A DNA stretch of 64,000 nt from an uncultured Clostridia bacterium. Its GTDB lineage: Bacteria; Bacillota; Clostridia; Oscillospirales; Ruminococcaceae. Below the pieces are notes generated by a model. It was not told where the DNA came from, did not search any database, and saw only the letters and a list, made by a program, of their open reading frames with translations. This document shows, piece after piece, positions 19,379-28,586 of this stretch (the stretch's first letter is position 1; the number at the start of each line of letters is the position of its first letter). The stretch is taken from positions 956-64,955 of the forward strand of contig CANRNT010000009.1 of assembly GCA_947631995.1 (NCBI GenBank), written 5' to 3'. Made by a program: the position numbers and the translations under genes.

Positions 19379-20578
19379 TCAGTCGGCGCTTACAGTCAGT
19401 ATCCTTGCCGACATCTCCATATCCTTGGTTTTTACACCGATCGTACCGCCTACCTGCGCGGTTTCGGGCTTGATCGTTTTTCCCTCGCTGTCAGTAACTA
19501 TTGCATAGCCTCTTCCCAACACCGCGAGCGGATCGAGGGCGTCCAATCTTGAATACTCCAGAGAAAGCTTCTGCTCTCCTCTTTTTACATACGCCGCTGC
19601 CGCTCTTTTCATTCTGACCCGATATTCGCTTACGCGTTCTTCGTACCCGGAAACGATAGTCATCGGAGTTGCGGCATACAGTCTGTCAATTTGCATGTCT
19701 GCATATCTTTCATATTCGGCTATCACTCGTCCGAAAGCGTTAGATATCGCCCTTTCGTAGGTCATTACCGTTCTTGATATACCCTCTGTCTGCGGCACAG
19801 CCAGCTCCGCCGCCGCAGAGGGAGTCGGCGCGCGCATATCTGCCGCATAGTCGGAAAGAGTGGTATCCGTTTCATGTCCGACCGCTGATATCATCGGCGT
19901 TTTGCAGTTGAACACAGCCATTGTAACTTTCTCGCTGTTGAAAGTCATGAGGTCCTCGCTGGAGCCGCCGCCCCTTGCCAGTATCAGCACATCGCAGCCT
20001 GCTTTATCCGCATTGCTTATAGCTCTGCAAATTTCCTCCTCCGCCTGCGCGCCCTGCACCGAGGCAGGAGAAAACACCACATTTGCGGCGGGAAAACGCC
20101 TTTTTATTACATTCAATATATCATGCTTCACAGCTCCGCTCATCGAGGTTATAACGCCTATCCTGCGCGGACTTTCGGGAAGCTTCTTCTTGTTCTCTTC
20201 CTTAAACACGCCCATTTTTTCCAGTCTGCGCTTTGTTTCCTCAACAGCCGCTCTTACCGCTCCCTCGCCTACGGGGGCAAGGTCGGTACATATGATCTGT
20301 AAATTTCCGTCGCGCTCGTAATACTCTACACTTCCGAGCGCAAGTATCTCCATACCGTCACGCGGCATAAATTTCAGCCTTTCAACATTGGAGCAGAACA
20401 TCACCGCTCTCAGCGACGCTTCGCTGTCCTTGACCGTAAAATAAATATGACCGCTGCGGTATCCTGCTTTGAGATTTGATATCTCGCCTTTGACGGCTAT
20501 ATTTTTAAGCTTTATATCCTGCTTCACGCTTGAAGCAAGATATCTGTTGAGCTGCGACACCGTCAATGTCGAAGCCAT
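19379..20578 (-). CDS. xseA: Exodeoxyribonuclease VII large subunit
   Basis: N-terminal OB fold (TVSQLNRYL...GEISN) and central catalytic region (IGVITS..GA...D, RGGGS.EDL). Confidence 0.95.
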   Translation of the reverse strand: MASTLTVSQLNRYLASSVKQDIKLKNIAVKGEISNLKAGYRSGHIYFTVKDSEASLRAVMFCSNVERLKFMPRDGMEILALGSVEYYERDGNLQIICTDLAPVGEGAVRAAVEETKRRLEKMGVFKEENKKKLPESPRRIGVITSMSGAVKHDILNVIKRRFPAANVVFSPASVQGAQAEEEICRAISNADKAGCDVLILARGGGSSEDLMTFNSEKVTMAVFNCKTPMISAVGHETDTTLSDYAADMRAPTPSAAAELAVPQTEGISRTVMTYERAISNAFGRVIAEYERYADMQIDRLYAATPMTIVSGYEERVSEYRVRMKRAAAAYVKRGEQKLSLEYSRLDALDPLAVLGRGYAIVTDSEGKTIKPETAQVGGTIGVKTKDMEMSARILTVSAD

Positions 20579-21531
20579 TTTGTCAGCCCCTTTCTCAACG
20601 CTGCATACAAGGCGATCCCGGCAGCGTTATCGCAGGAATACTCCGCCGAAGCAAAGCACGCGGCATACTTTGCCGAAACTGCGCTTTGCAGCAGCTTGTC
20701 CGACATGACCCCGCCTGCGTATATTATATTAAGTTCACCGTATTTTTTTACTGCGTGCTCCGTCATACCCATAACAGCTTCCGCTATACAGTCGAGGCAA
20801 TAAGCGGCGATATTCTCTCGCTTTTCGCCCTGCTCGAGCATTTTCGCGCATTGGTTCTCAACGCCCGAAAGGCAGCAGCAGCCGTCCTTAAAAGTTATCC
20901 TGCACTTATAATGCTTGTCCGCCTTTTCGGCGAGCTTTTCAAGCTGCTTGCCGCACGGAAAATCCAGTCCCAGCATAAGCCCTGTTCTGTCTACTGCCTG
21001 ACCTGCTTTCAGATCAAGCGAAGAAGCTATCGGCGATATATCGAGAAGCTTGTCCTTATCGGGCTTACATAGTAGCGCGTCAGTAGTTCCGCCGCTGACG
21101 TGGAAAGCGATGAACGGCTTGTCCTCATAAAGCCACGATAACCTGTCCGCCGAATAAAGCGCCGCCAGAACATGACCCGTCTGGTGAGAGGTGAAGTAAC
21201 TTTTGCACCCCGCCGCCGCGCTTATGCTCCTTGCCGCCCCCTCTCCGACGAGAAAACACGGCATATATGAGCCGTCTGCGTTTCTAGGCACATTTGAAGC
21301 GCACACGGCAGAGATATTTACATTTATTCTTCCGAAAAGCTTTTCCAGCAGCTCCGGCAACTGCTTCGTGTGATGAAAAACCGCGTCCGACTGACGCAGA
21401 CCTGCTTCGCCTTTATTAACGGGGAGCAGTTTTTTCTCCTGCATTATCTCTCCCGTACCACAGTTGAGCAGCGCGCACGAGGTAGTATAATTACTGGTAT
21501 CTATGCCTAATATATAAGATGTATCAGTCAT
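20563..21531 (-). CDS. Kae1/TsaD-like (peptidase M22 / ASKHA fold) protein
   Basis: ILGIDTS start, SHQTGHV (HxxxH metal motif position), HVSGGTTD and YAGGVMSD motifs parallel TsaD. It is shorter and more divergent than canonical TsaD. Confidence 0.7.
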   Translation of the reverse strand: MTDTSYILGIDTSNYTTSCALLNCGTGEIMQEKKLLPVNKGEAGLRQSDAVFHHTKQLPELLEKLFGRINVNISAVCASNVPRNADGSYMPCFLVGEGAARSISAAAGCKSYFTSHQTGHVLAALYSADRLSWLYEDKPFIAFHVSGGTTDALLCKPDKDKLLDISPIASSLDLKAGQAVDRTGLMLGLDFPCGKQLEKLAEKADKHYKCRITFKDGCCCLSGVENQCAKMLEQGEKRENIAAYCLDCIAEAVMGMTEHAVKKYGELNIIYAGGVMSDKLLQSAVSAKYAACFASAEYSCDNAAGIALYAALRKGLTKWLRH

Positions 21532-21937
21532 TTTTGATAACTTCGGGGTCGCGTGAAAAAGAGCCTAACACACCGTTGATAAAAGAAACATCGGTATCAT
21601 AAGAATATGCTCTTGCGAGCGTTACCGCCTCGCTTATCGCAACGTTTACGGGTACTCTGTCGCAATACAGAGACTCATATATAGCTATCCTCAGAATAGC
21701 GAGGTTGAGCCTGGGTATCCTGTCTACGCTTCTTTTATCGCTGTATTTAGCTATAATGGCGTCAAGCTCGTCCTTTTTCTCCAGAACGCCTTTTACAAGG
21801 CTCTTCACGTCGTCATTTACGGGAAGCCCCGAAAAGCTCTTAGCTATATCTAAAAGCTCGTCGATATCTCCGTTCCAGAAAAGCTCCTCGAAGCACAATA
21901 TAAATGCTGTTTCTCTTATCTCGTGTCTTGTAGGCAT
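21524..21937 (-). CDS. nusB: Transcription antitermination factor NusB
   Basis: RHEIRETAF..L....., LRIAIYE and ISEAVTLAR motifs. Start set at ATG 21937 (AAGGA upstream) rather than 21964. Confidence 0.9.
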   Translation of the reverse strand: MPTRHEIRETAFILCFEELFWNGDIDELLDIAKSFSGLPVNDDVKSLVKGVLEKKDELDAIIAKYSDKRSVDRIPRLNLAILRIAIYESLYCDRVPVNVAISEAVTLARAYSYDTDVSFINGVLGSFSRDPEVIKND

Positions 21938-22061
21938 ATTTTTACCGTCCTTATTTATGTTCATAGCGCAATCAGCGCAATAACGCAGTCTGACCTACGT
22001 CCGTCAGGGCGTAGGCAGCAGCCTCACACCGCACCGATACATCGGTACGGAGCTTAGATAT

Positions 22062-22412
22062 TTATTGGTCGAATACTATATCATCGACCGTAACGTTTAC
22101 TCTTGCCACGGTAAGCCCCGTCATTTCCTGAACGGCTGACTTTACCTTTTCCTGTACCTGCTCGGCGACGGCGGTCGCCTTAGCCGTACTCTTCACGGAG
22201 ATCTTTATCCCTATCTCGACGACATCATCGACATATCCTACCTTTACCTGCTGTCCCGCCGGCTTGTTGGATATGATATCTATCACCGATCTGGGCTGCG
22301 ATCTTATTTCCTGCACCGCTTCGATGTCCTTTACCGCATTTACAGCGATAGCAGATATAACATCTTCGCTTATCATAAGCCTGCCCTTTACATCGTTAGC
22401 TGTTTTCTCCAT
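22062..22412 (-). CDS. Asp23/Gls24-family envelope stress protein
   Basis: Typical ISEDVISAIA...AV..V.GV pattern, 116 aa, AGGAGG RBS. Same position as yqhY in B. subtilis. Confidence 0.85.
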   Translation of the reverse strand: MEKTANDVKGRLMISEDVISAIAVNAVKDIEAVQEIRSQPRSVIDIISNKPAGQQVKVGYVDDVVEIGIKISVKSTAKATAVAEQVQEKVKSAVQEMTGLTVARVNVTVDDIVFDQ

Positions 22413-22513
22413 GAGAATACCTCCTGTTAATAGAAGTCAGTATCGAGGCATTTTAGATAGTTATTACTAATTTTGTAGTTTTCTTCCTAAAACATCTCAT
22501 ACTACTTATTCTA

Positions 22514-22541
22514 TTATAGCACATATTTTCGCAGAGTACAA
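22514..22541 (-). promoter_or_regulatory. Candidate sigma-A promoter for the asp23-like / nusB unit
   Basis: Minus strand reads TTGTAC (22541-22536), 17-nt spacer, TGcTATAAT (TATAAT at 22519-22514). Confidence 0.45.
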
Positions 22542-23087
22542 CTAGTTTACATCAAAAATTCTTATATTTTCATTTTTAACGTCTACCTCGTTAAGCAGAA
22601 TGGATTTTATCTGCGCCGCCTGCTGAGCGGTAAGACCGTCGGATTTGACAACGATGTTTGCCTTTTCGCCGTCGAGATAGACAACGCAGTCCTCAAAGCC
22701 TGCGGCTATGATGAGGTTCTCTATCTTGCTCTCAGCTTCTATGAGCTTGCTCATAGCGACTGCGTTTTCGGTAGCTACCGTTTGTTCCTCGGAAGTGCTG
22801 TCGCCGCCGTTGATTATCATTGACAGAGTTTCGATAGCTTCATCTCTTGACTGTGTTCTGTCTATCCTTGCCTGCGCGAAGTATGCTGCATGGTCGGGCG
22901 CGCTTCCGCCTACCGACTGTGTATCGCCGTAGGCTATACTCGTTCCTCCCGCTATGACCTCCGTTGCTTCAAGCTCGGGAGCTGTCTGTGCCGCTACATA
23001 ATTTATGTACACAGCCAGCCCGAGTATCAGCGTCATACCTGCCAGTATGATCTGCTGCTTTCCGATGATAACGTGTGGTTTCTTCAT
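22542..23087 (-). CDS. spoIIIAH: Stage III sporulation protein AH
   Basis: Last gene of an eight-gene spoIIIA-like operon. One N-terminal TM, and a C-terminal YscJ/FliF-like region ending ...VVKSDGLTAQQAAQIKSIL. Start is ATG 23087 behind AAAGGAAG. Confidence 0.8.
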   Translation of the reverse strand: MKKPHVIIGKQQIILAGMTLILGLAVYINYVAAQTAPELEATEVIAGGTSIAYGDTQSVGGSAPDHAAYFAQARIDRTQSRDEAIETLSMIINGGDSTSEEQTVATENAVAMSKLIEAESKIENLIIAAGFEDCVVYLDGEKANIVVKSDGLTAQQAAQIKSILLNEVDVKNENIRIFDVN

Positions 23088-23127
23088 AAATGATCTTCCT
23101 TTCAAAATGATTGTATTTTATGATATT

Positions 23128-23673
23128 TTACCCCGTATGACCTGCCCTTTGGGCTACACATATATTTGCTGTCGATATGCCCAGAGCCGCAGCCGCGGCT
23201 TTTATGAGCTTTTCATCAAGAAGAGCGTTCCCCGCGCCGTCGGCGACTATCAGCACCCCCGTAATTCTCGGACTGACTACCTTGGATATTATCGGCGAAC
23301 CGTCGTCTATAACGACCGGCTCGCTGCGGTAATCATAGCTGTGGGCGCTGTCCTCGCTGTCCGATTTATTCTCTATCTTCTGAAGATAGACATACTCGGT
23401 AGAGCCTTCTATGGATATCATAACGTCTACCTTGCCTGCGCCCGAGATACCCGAAAGTATCTCCGACAGTCTTTTCTCCTGCTCCGCACGGTAATCGTCG
23501 GCGTCATCGGAAGTATTTTCCGTTTTCTGCACCGACGGTTTTTCGTTCTTGCCAAAGTCCAGACCCGACAGGAATATCAGCAATATACCTGCAAGACCGA
23601 GCGCGACGATAACGTTAGTTTTCAGCTTGCCCGTTTTCGGGTCGCACAACTTCTGCTTTATTTTCTTCAGCAC
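23128..23673 (-). CDS. spoIIIAG: Stage III sporulation protein AG
   Basis: Position in the operon, N-terminal TM, and C-terminal ...ITGVLIVADGAGN motif typical of SpoIIIAG. Confidence 0.8.
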   Translation of the reverse strand: MLKKIKQKLCDPKTGKLKTNVIVALGLAGILLIFLSGLDFGKNEKPSVQKTENTSDDADDYRAEQEKRLSEILSGISGAGKVDVMISIEGSTEYVYLQKIENKSDSEDSAHSYDYRSEPVVIDDGSPIISKVVSPRITGVLIVADGAGNALLDEKLIKAAAAALGISTANICVAQRAGHTG

Positions 23674-24145
23674 CTTTTTCCTCCCATGTTACGTTAACTT
23701 CTCCCTGCATCAGTTCATTGTCAACGATGCGCTTTATATCGTCGTAATACTTTATCTGGCTTTTCTCTATCGTAACGTCCGTTCTGACGACCTGTGCAAG
23801 TCCGTCTGACGTTACAGTTAATTCTATGCTGACTGACTTGGGTTTTATGCCCGCAGTTTCAAGTTTTGCCGCAATATACTGAGAAAGCCTGTTCTCTGCC
23901 TCGTCCATGACATCTTCCGACATAGTCTGCTGTATCCTCTGCTCCTGTATATCCTCAAGCTCGTCGATATACTGCGCTATGAATGTTTTAAAATCCGTTT
24001 TCATGAACGGCCCCGTAACGACCACTATCAGCAAGAGCGCAATTATAACTCTTATACCGCTGCGGAATTTTCCGCTTACCGTCACGTCCGCGAGCGATGC
24101 GGCTATCCCTACTATACAGCCCGATATCACAGCCGTTTTTATCAT
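23615..24145 (-). CDS. spoIIIAF: Stage III sporulation protein AF
   Basis: Position in the operon. Two N-terminal TMs plus a soluble C-terminal domain. Confidence 0.7.
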   Translation of the reverse strand: MIKTAVISGCIVGIAASLADVTVSGKFRSGIRVIIALLLIVVVTGPFMKTDFKTFIAQYIDELEDIQEQRIQQTMSEDVMDEAENRLSQYIAAKLETAGIKPKSVSIELTVTSDGLAQVVRTDVTIEKSQIKYYDDIKRIVDNELMQGEVNVTWEEKGAEENKAEVVRPENGQAEN

Positions 24146-24162
24146 ACTTCATCTCTCCCCTA

Positions 24163-25299
24163 TCAGACAGCGTTCATACATACAAGCATCATTATCGCCG
24201 TAGCGATGATGAATATAAGGCTCATAAGTATCGCAATCGTAAGTATTATGGAAAACACATCTCCTACTCCCGAGAGCAGCCGCGCTATGCTTTTCTGACC
24301 CAGTATATCGGCAAAGCCGCAGGATATCCTGACCGCGGCGCTGAGTGTAAGCACCGTAACAATGGGCGCCATAACGGTAAACATTACCGCCAGCACTCCC
24401 AGTCCTCCCGCCGCAGAACGTATCAGGGCAACGCTGCCGCTGACGGTCGTATATGCGTCGGCGACTGCGCTGCCTATTACGGGAACAAAACTGGAGGCGG
24501 TAAATTTGGCAGTCCTCACGGTCACGCTGTCGGCGGCGCAGGAAATTATGCTTTTTATTGAAAGCACGCCCACGAACGCCGTTGCTATAAGCCCCAAAGC
24601 CCATTGTATCCCCTTTTTCATCATGCCCGAGATACTCGAGCTGTAAAGCGGACATATACTCTCGGCTACCGACACCGCCAGTATGACGCTGCATATCGGT
24701 ACTATCAGCCGTTCGGACACGATATTTACGACCTCGCAGACCGACATCATAGCTATATAATACCCCGACGCGGAGGAAACGTAGCCTCCGCCCGTAAGCA
24801 GACTTACAAACACAGGTATATACGACAGCATAAAAGCGTTCAGCTCTGCGAGCATGGCGCATATTACGTCCAAAGCGTTCGATATCTGTTCATAAAGCAC
24901 CCCGACCGCCGAGAGCGTGCCGACCAGCCCGAGAACATAATTCAGCTCTCCTGCGCTGTCGGCAAGCGATGAGAACATAGTACAGATAAGTATTATCCCC
25001 AGCAGCTTGCCCGTCAGCCTTATAGGCAGCGACAACTGTTCCGCTATGGTATTTCCTATGTACTTCATGATATACCCGAAAGAAAGCTTGTCCGAAACGC
25101 CCTCGTCGAGAGTTATATCTCCGCCCTGCGATAGCGCTTCTTTTGCTTCGTCGTTCAGGTTTTCGTCAACAGCCTGCCCCAGTTGTTTTGTTACGTCCTC
25201 AACATAGTCCGCCTTTGCTTCGACAGCGGATACTGCCGCGAATATGGCTATCGTTATAACGGCAAGTATAACGCTTATTATCCTTTTTGACATTTCCAC
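24163..25299 (-). CDS. spoIIIAE: Stage III sporulation protein AE
   Basis: 378 aa polytopic membrane protein with a signal peptide, at the AE position of the operon. Confidence 0.85.
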   Translation of the reverse strand: MEMSKRIISVILAVITIAIFAAVSAVEAKADYVEDVTKQLGQAVDENLNDEAKEALSQGGDITLDEGVSDKLSFGYIMKYIGNTIAEQLSLPIRLTGKLLGIILICTMFSSLADSAGELNYVLGLVGTLSAVGVLYEQISNALDVICAMLAELNAFMLSYIPVFVSLLTGGGYVSSASGYYIAMMSVCEVVNIVSERLIVPICSVILAVSVAESICPLYSSSISGMMKKGIQWALGLIATAFVGVLSIKSIISCAADSVTVRTAKFTASSFVPVIGSAVADAYTTVSGSVALIRSAAGGLGVLAVMFTVMAPIVTVLTLSAAVRISCGFADILGQKSIARLLSGVGDVFSIILTIAILMSLIFIIATAIMMLVCMNAV

Positions 25300-25318
25300 A
25301 TTCCTATCCTATGATATT

Positions 25319-25708
25319 TTACCTGTCTATCAGCGCGATGACCAGCTCCGTCACAGCCGTATACAGAGGCAAAGATATTATCAGCAGGCTCACTCTTGCC
25401 GTTATCTCTACCTGCGAGGCTAAGGCGCTTTCTCCGCAGTCGCGGCAGCAGTCCGCAGCCAGCTGCGCTACTATACATATCCCCAGCGCTTTGAGCAGTA
25501 TGGAGATATATTCGCCATCTATCTGAGCTGTTTCAAACAGCTCCTTCAGTCTTTGCGATATATCGCTGAAGCTGTCCATATACCCTGCGGCTGTAAGTAT
25601 TATGACTGCAAGCGCTATAAGGACGCGCATATCGGGATCGTTTTTTCCTATGAGCTTTGCTGTCACACAGGCGCAGAGTATCAGTCCGCATATGCCGAAT
25701 ATGCTCAT
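25319..25708 (-). CDS. spoIIIAD: Stage III sporulation protein AD
   Basis: 129 aa four-TM protein following AC. Position and size fit. Confidence 0.8.
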   Translation of the reverse strand: MSIFGICGLILCACVTAKLIGKNDPDMRVLIALAVIILTAAGYMDSFSDISQRLKELFETAQIDGEYISILLKALGICIVAQLAADCCRDCGESALASQVEITARVSLLIISLPLYTAVTELVIALIDR

Positions 25709-25905
25709 CAGTATATACCGAATATGCTCTTGATAGACTCGAAAAGATCGCCTATCTCCGATATTATCATGAAAAGTACGACTATCAGCCCGGCAAGAGT
25801 TGTCATGAGAGCCTGCTCATCGCGTTCGGCACGCTTTAAAAGCTGATTTAGCACCGCTACTATTATACCTATGGCGGCGATCCTGAAAATGAGGTCTATA
25901 TCCAT
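25708..25905 (-). CDS. spoIIIAC: Stage III sporulation protein AC
   Basis: 65 aa two-TM protein (MDIDLIFRIAAIGIIVAVLNQLLK...) typical of SpoIIIAC. Confidence 0.8.
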   Translation of the reverse strand: MDIDLIFRIAAIGIIVAVLNQLLKRAERDEQALMTTLAGLIVVLFMIISEIGDLFESIKSIFGIY

Positions 25906-25936
25906 CCGTTATCCTTTCATATCCTTTATGATATTT

Positions 25937-26419
25937 TCATATTATCAGCAGAGAAACGAATATCCCGCCGAGAAATCCAAGCCTGTCATACAGACTGCAT
26001 TTGCGTGAACATTCCTCGCCGCACCTTGCCGCAGCGGCACCGATACGGGTCTTGTTATACTCTATCATGGCCAGCTGCGTGGCAAGGTCTGAGCCTCCGA
26101 GCCTTGAAAAAACGTCCTTTACTATCTCCCGCTCTTCGCTGTTTATATCAAGTCTGCGAAACTCCTCCGATCTGCTGAGAGATCCTGACAGGTCAAGAGG
26201 GTCGAGCTGCGAAAAAAAACCAAGCTTTCCGTCATGCTTCAACATATCGACTATTTCCGACGTTGTTGCAGATGTATACTGTAATGCGGTGGAGATATCA
26301 TAAAACGCCCGTTCTATCTGTCTCAGCTGTGTCAGCCTGTCCCTGAGAGAACGTGAACACCTCAGTCCGAGCGCTCCTGCGCTGGCTATGACGGCTATTA
26401 TGCCTATCATCTTAATCAT
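25937..26419 (-). CDS. spoIIIAB: Stage III sporulation protein AB
   Basis: 160 aa. N- and C-terminal TMs flank a GspF-like soluble domain. Position fits. Confidence 0.8.
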   Translation of the reverse strand: MIKMIGIIAVIASAGALGLRCSRSLRDRLTQLRQIERAFYDISTALQYTSATTSEIVDMLKHDGKLGFFSQLDPLDLSGSLSRSEEFRRLDINSEEREIVKDVFSRLGGSDLATQLAMIEYNKTRIGAAAARCGEECSRKCSLYDRLGFLGGIFVSLLII

Positions 26420-27350
26420 TGGTTATACGCACCAGCCTTGTTACCTTTCCGCACAGGCTTCCCGTACCGAGAACGCAGGCATAGTCGAACACCTTATCCT
26501 TTATCAGCTTGGATACACCGCTGCGGCGTTTGGCGCTGTCATAATCGGGAGCGTGAGTAGTAGCGACAAGCCTGACACCCGAATTTACGGCGTACTCCAG
26601 AGCGCGCATATCCTCCTTTGAACCTATCTCGTCGCATATCAGCACGGTCGGCGACATGACCTTGACAGCAGTCATGATAGCGTCATATTTATCGTATGAT
26701 GTGAAAACGTCGCTCATGATACCTATATCGTTATAAGCTGTTCCCTCCGATACGGCGGCTATCTCGTTTCTTTCATCTATGACCGACAGCCGCGCGGTCT
26801 TGCCGAGAGAACGGCAAAGGTCGCGCAGGACGGTAGTTTTTCCGCTGGAGGGAACACCTATTATCAGCAGACTTTTCAGCCCGTCGGAAAATACGCTCCT
26901 CATCAGCTCGTCAGCCGCACCTATCACCTCGCGCGCTATCCTTATGTTGACCGATGACACGTTCTTTATCGTTTCTATGCTTACATTCTGTGTTCTGCTC
27001 ATAACGGCAGTTCCGCAAAAGCCTATCCTGCACCCTCCCGCGACGGTCATATATCCGTCGGATATCTCTTTGGCATAGCTATGTACAGAGCATTGCAGCG
27101 CGCGCTTCATAAGCGTTTCTATCTGCTCACGGCTTACCCTTACTGCCTGCTCAAAGCTGCTGACGAGCTTACCGTCGCTTCTGATGAAATATTCCTTGTC
27201 AAAAACGGTGGCTGAAAGATATTTGTCTCTGCGCAGACGCAGCTCCTGTATTCTCATACGCTCCAGATCTGGTATGAGCCTTATCGGCTGTGAAAGCTCG
27301 TCCGGCAGCAGACCCAGCACTCCGTCTATTTTGCTGATATGCTTTTCCAT
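26412..27350 (-). CDS. spoIIIAA: Stage III sporulation protein AA (secretion-type ATPase)
   Basis: Walker A GVPSSGKTT, Walker B VLICDEIG. First gene of the operon. Confidence 0.9.
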   Translation of the reverse strand: MEKHISKIDGVLGLLPDELSQPIRLIPDLERMRIQELRLRRDKYLSATVFDKEYFIRSDGKLVSSFEQAVRVSREQIETLMKRALQCSVHSYAKEISDGYMTVAGGCRIGFCGTAVMSRTQNVSIETIKNVSSVNIRIAREVIGAADELMRSVFSDGLKSLLIIGVPSSGKTTVLRDLCRSLGKTARLSVIDERNEIAAVSEGTAYNDIGIMSDVFTSYDKYDAIMTAVKVMSPTVLICDEIGSKEDMRALEYAVNSGVRLVATTHAPDYDSAKRRSGVSKLIKDKVFDYACVLGTGSLCGKVTRLVRITND

Positions 27351-27435
27351 TTCTTTTTCTCCCTCCGAAAAATTATGTTTGTCCTACAAAATAATATGTA
27401 TGAATATCTTTACTTATGACTTGAATATATTACTC

Positions 27436-27463
27436 TTGCAAATTTGTCGAAAATATGTATAAT
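27436..27463 (+). promoter_or_regulatory. Candidate sigma-A promoter for the moxR operon
   Basis: TTGCAA (27436-27441), 16-nt spacer, TATAAT (27458-27463). This leaves a leader of about 150 nt. Confidence 0.4.
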
Positions 27464-27613
27464 AGTATATGTATGATAATTTTTAGCACAAAGCATTGTA
27501 ATTTAGGCTATTTTAGTATATTATACCTGAGAGACCGCCCGTTCCCTTGCTTTCGGAACTGCGCGGACACCGTATAAAACACAAGATCATTAAAAAAGGA
27601 AGGTAATAACATC

Positions 27614-28582
27614 ATGGGAACTGTTTCGGTGGAGCATGCCGCCGTTCTTCAGAGAGCAAGAGCGGTCGTTGACGAGGTTAAAAAAGTTATAGTCGGCAAG
27701 GACGATATCATTATATCAGTCCTGATTGCCATACTTTCAAAAGGTCATATATTATTGGAGGATAATCCGGGCGTTGGGAAAACAACTCTCGCTCTGGCGT
27801 TTTCAAAGGCGCTTTCGCTGGACTACAAGCGCGTTCAGTTCACGCCCGATGTTCTTCCGAGCGATATAACGGGTTTTTCGATATTCAATAAGGAAAAGGG
27901 TACGTTTGAATACTCCGAGGGAGCTGCGCTGTGCAATCTTCTGCTCGCGGACGAGATAAACAGGACTTCGAGCAAAACGCAGTCGGCGCTTCTGGAGGTA
28001 ATGGAAGAGGGAAAGATAACCGTTGAGGGCGTTACAAGAGAGATACCAAAGCCGTTCTTCGTTATAGCAACACAGAACCCGATAGGCTCTGTCGGAACGC
28101 AAATGCTGCCCGAGTCGCAGCTTGACAGATTTTTGGAAAAGCTGAGTATGGGCTACCCGAGCATTGAGAGCGAAATGGATATGCTTAAAGCCCGTCAGAA
28201 CGAAGACCCGCTCGATAAGGTATCCCCCGTTATAACAAAGGCTGAGCTTATCGAGGCACAAAAGGTCACGGAAAACATATTTGTGGCTGACTCGATACTC
28301 GAGTATATAACAAAGCTTGCGGACGCTACAAGAAAAAGTCCGCTCATCAAGCTGGGACTCAGTCCGAGAGGTTCTTTGGCGCTTTGCAGAGCCGCAAAGG
28401 CTACTGCGCTGCTGACGGGAAGAAATTATGTCACGCCTGACGACGTGAAATATATTTTCAACAATGTTGCCGCGCACAGGGTGATACTCAGCACGAGCGC
28501 AAAGGCAAACGGCTCGCAGCCCGCCGACGTTCTGGCGCAGATAGTGAGCACCATACCCGTTCCCCGCGTTACAAAGGACTGA
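27614..28582 (+). CDS. MoxR-family AAA+ ATPase
   Basis: Walker A EDNPGVGKT, Walker B LLADEINR, sensor motifs, and the typical 320-aa size. Confidence 0.9.
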   Translation: MGTVSVEHAAVLQRARAVVDEVKKVIVGKDDIIISVLIAILSKGHILLEDNPGVGKTTLALAFSKALSLDYKRVQFTPDVLPSDITGFSIFNKEKGTFEYSEGAALCNLLLADEINRTSSKTQSALLEVMEEGKITVEGVTREIPKPFFVIATQNPIGSVGTQMLPESQLDRFLEKLSMGYPSIESEMDMLKARQNEDPLDKVSPVITKAELIEAQKVTENIFVADSILEYITKLADATRKSPLIKLGLSPRGSLALCRAAKATALLTGRNYVTPDDVKYIFNNVAAHRVILSTSAKANGSQPADVLAQIVSTIPVPRVTKD

Positions 28583-28586
28583 CGGT

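Noticed and set aside
21965-22061. Two short hairpins (CCTACG...CGTAGG and ACCGAT.ACA.TCGGT) between the asp23-like gene and nusB.
   Set aside because: No T-run follows either hairpin on the coding (minus) strand, and the stems are only 5-6 bp. There is not enough to call a terminator or a known RNA element.
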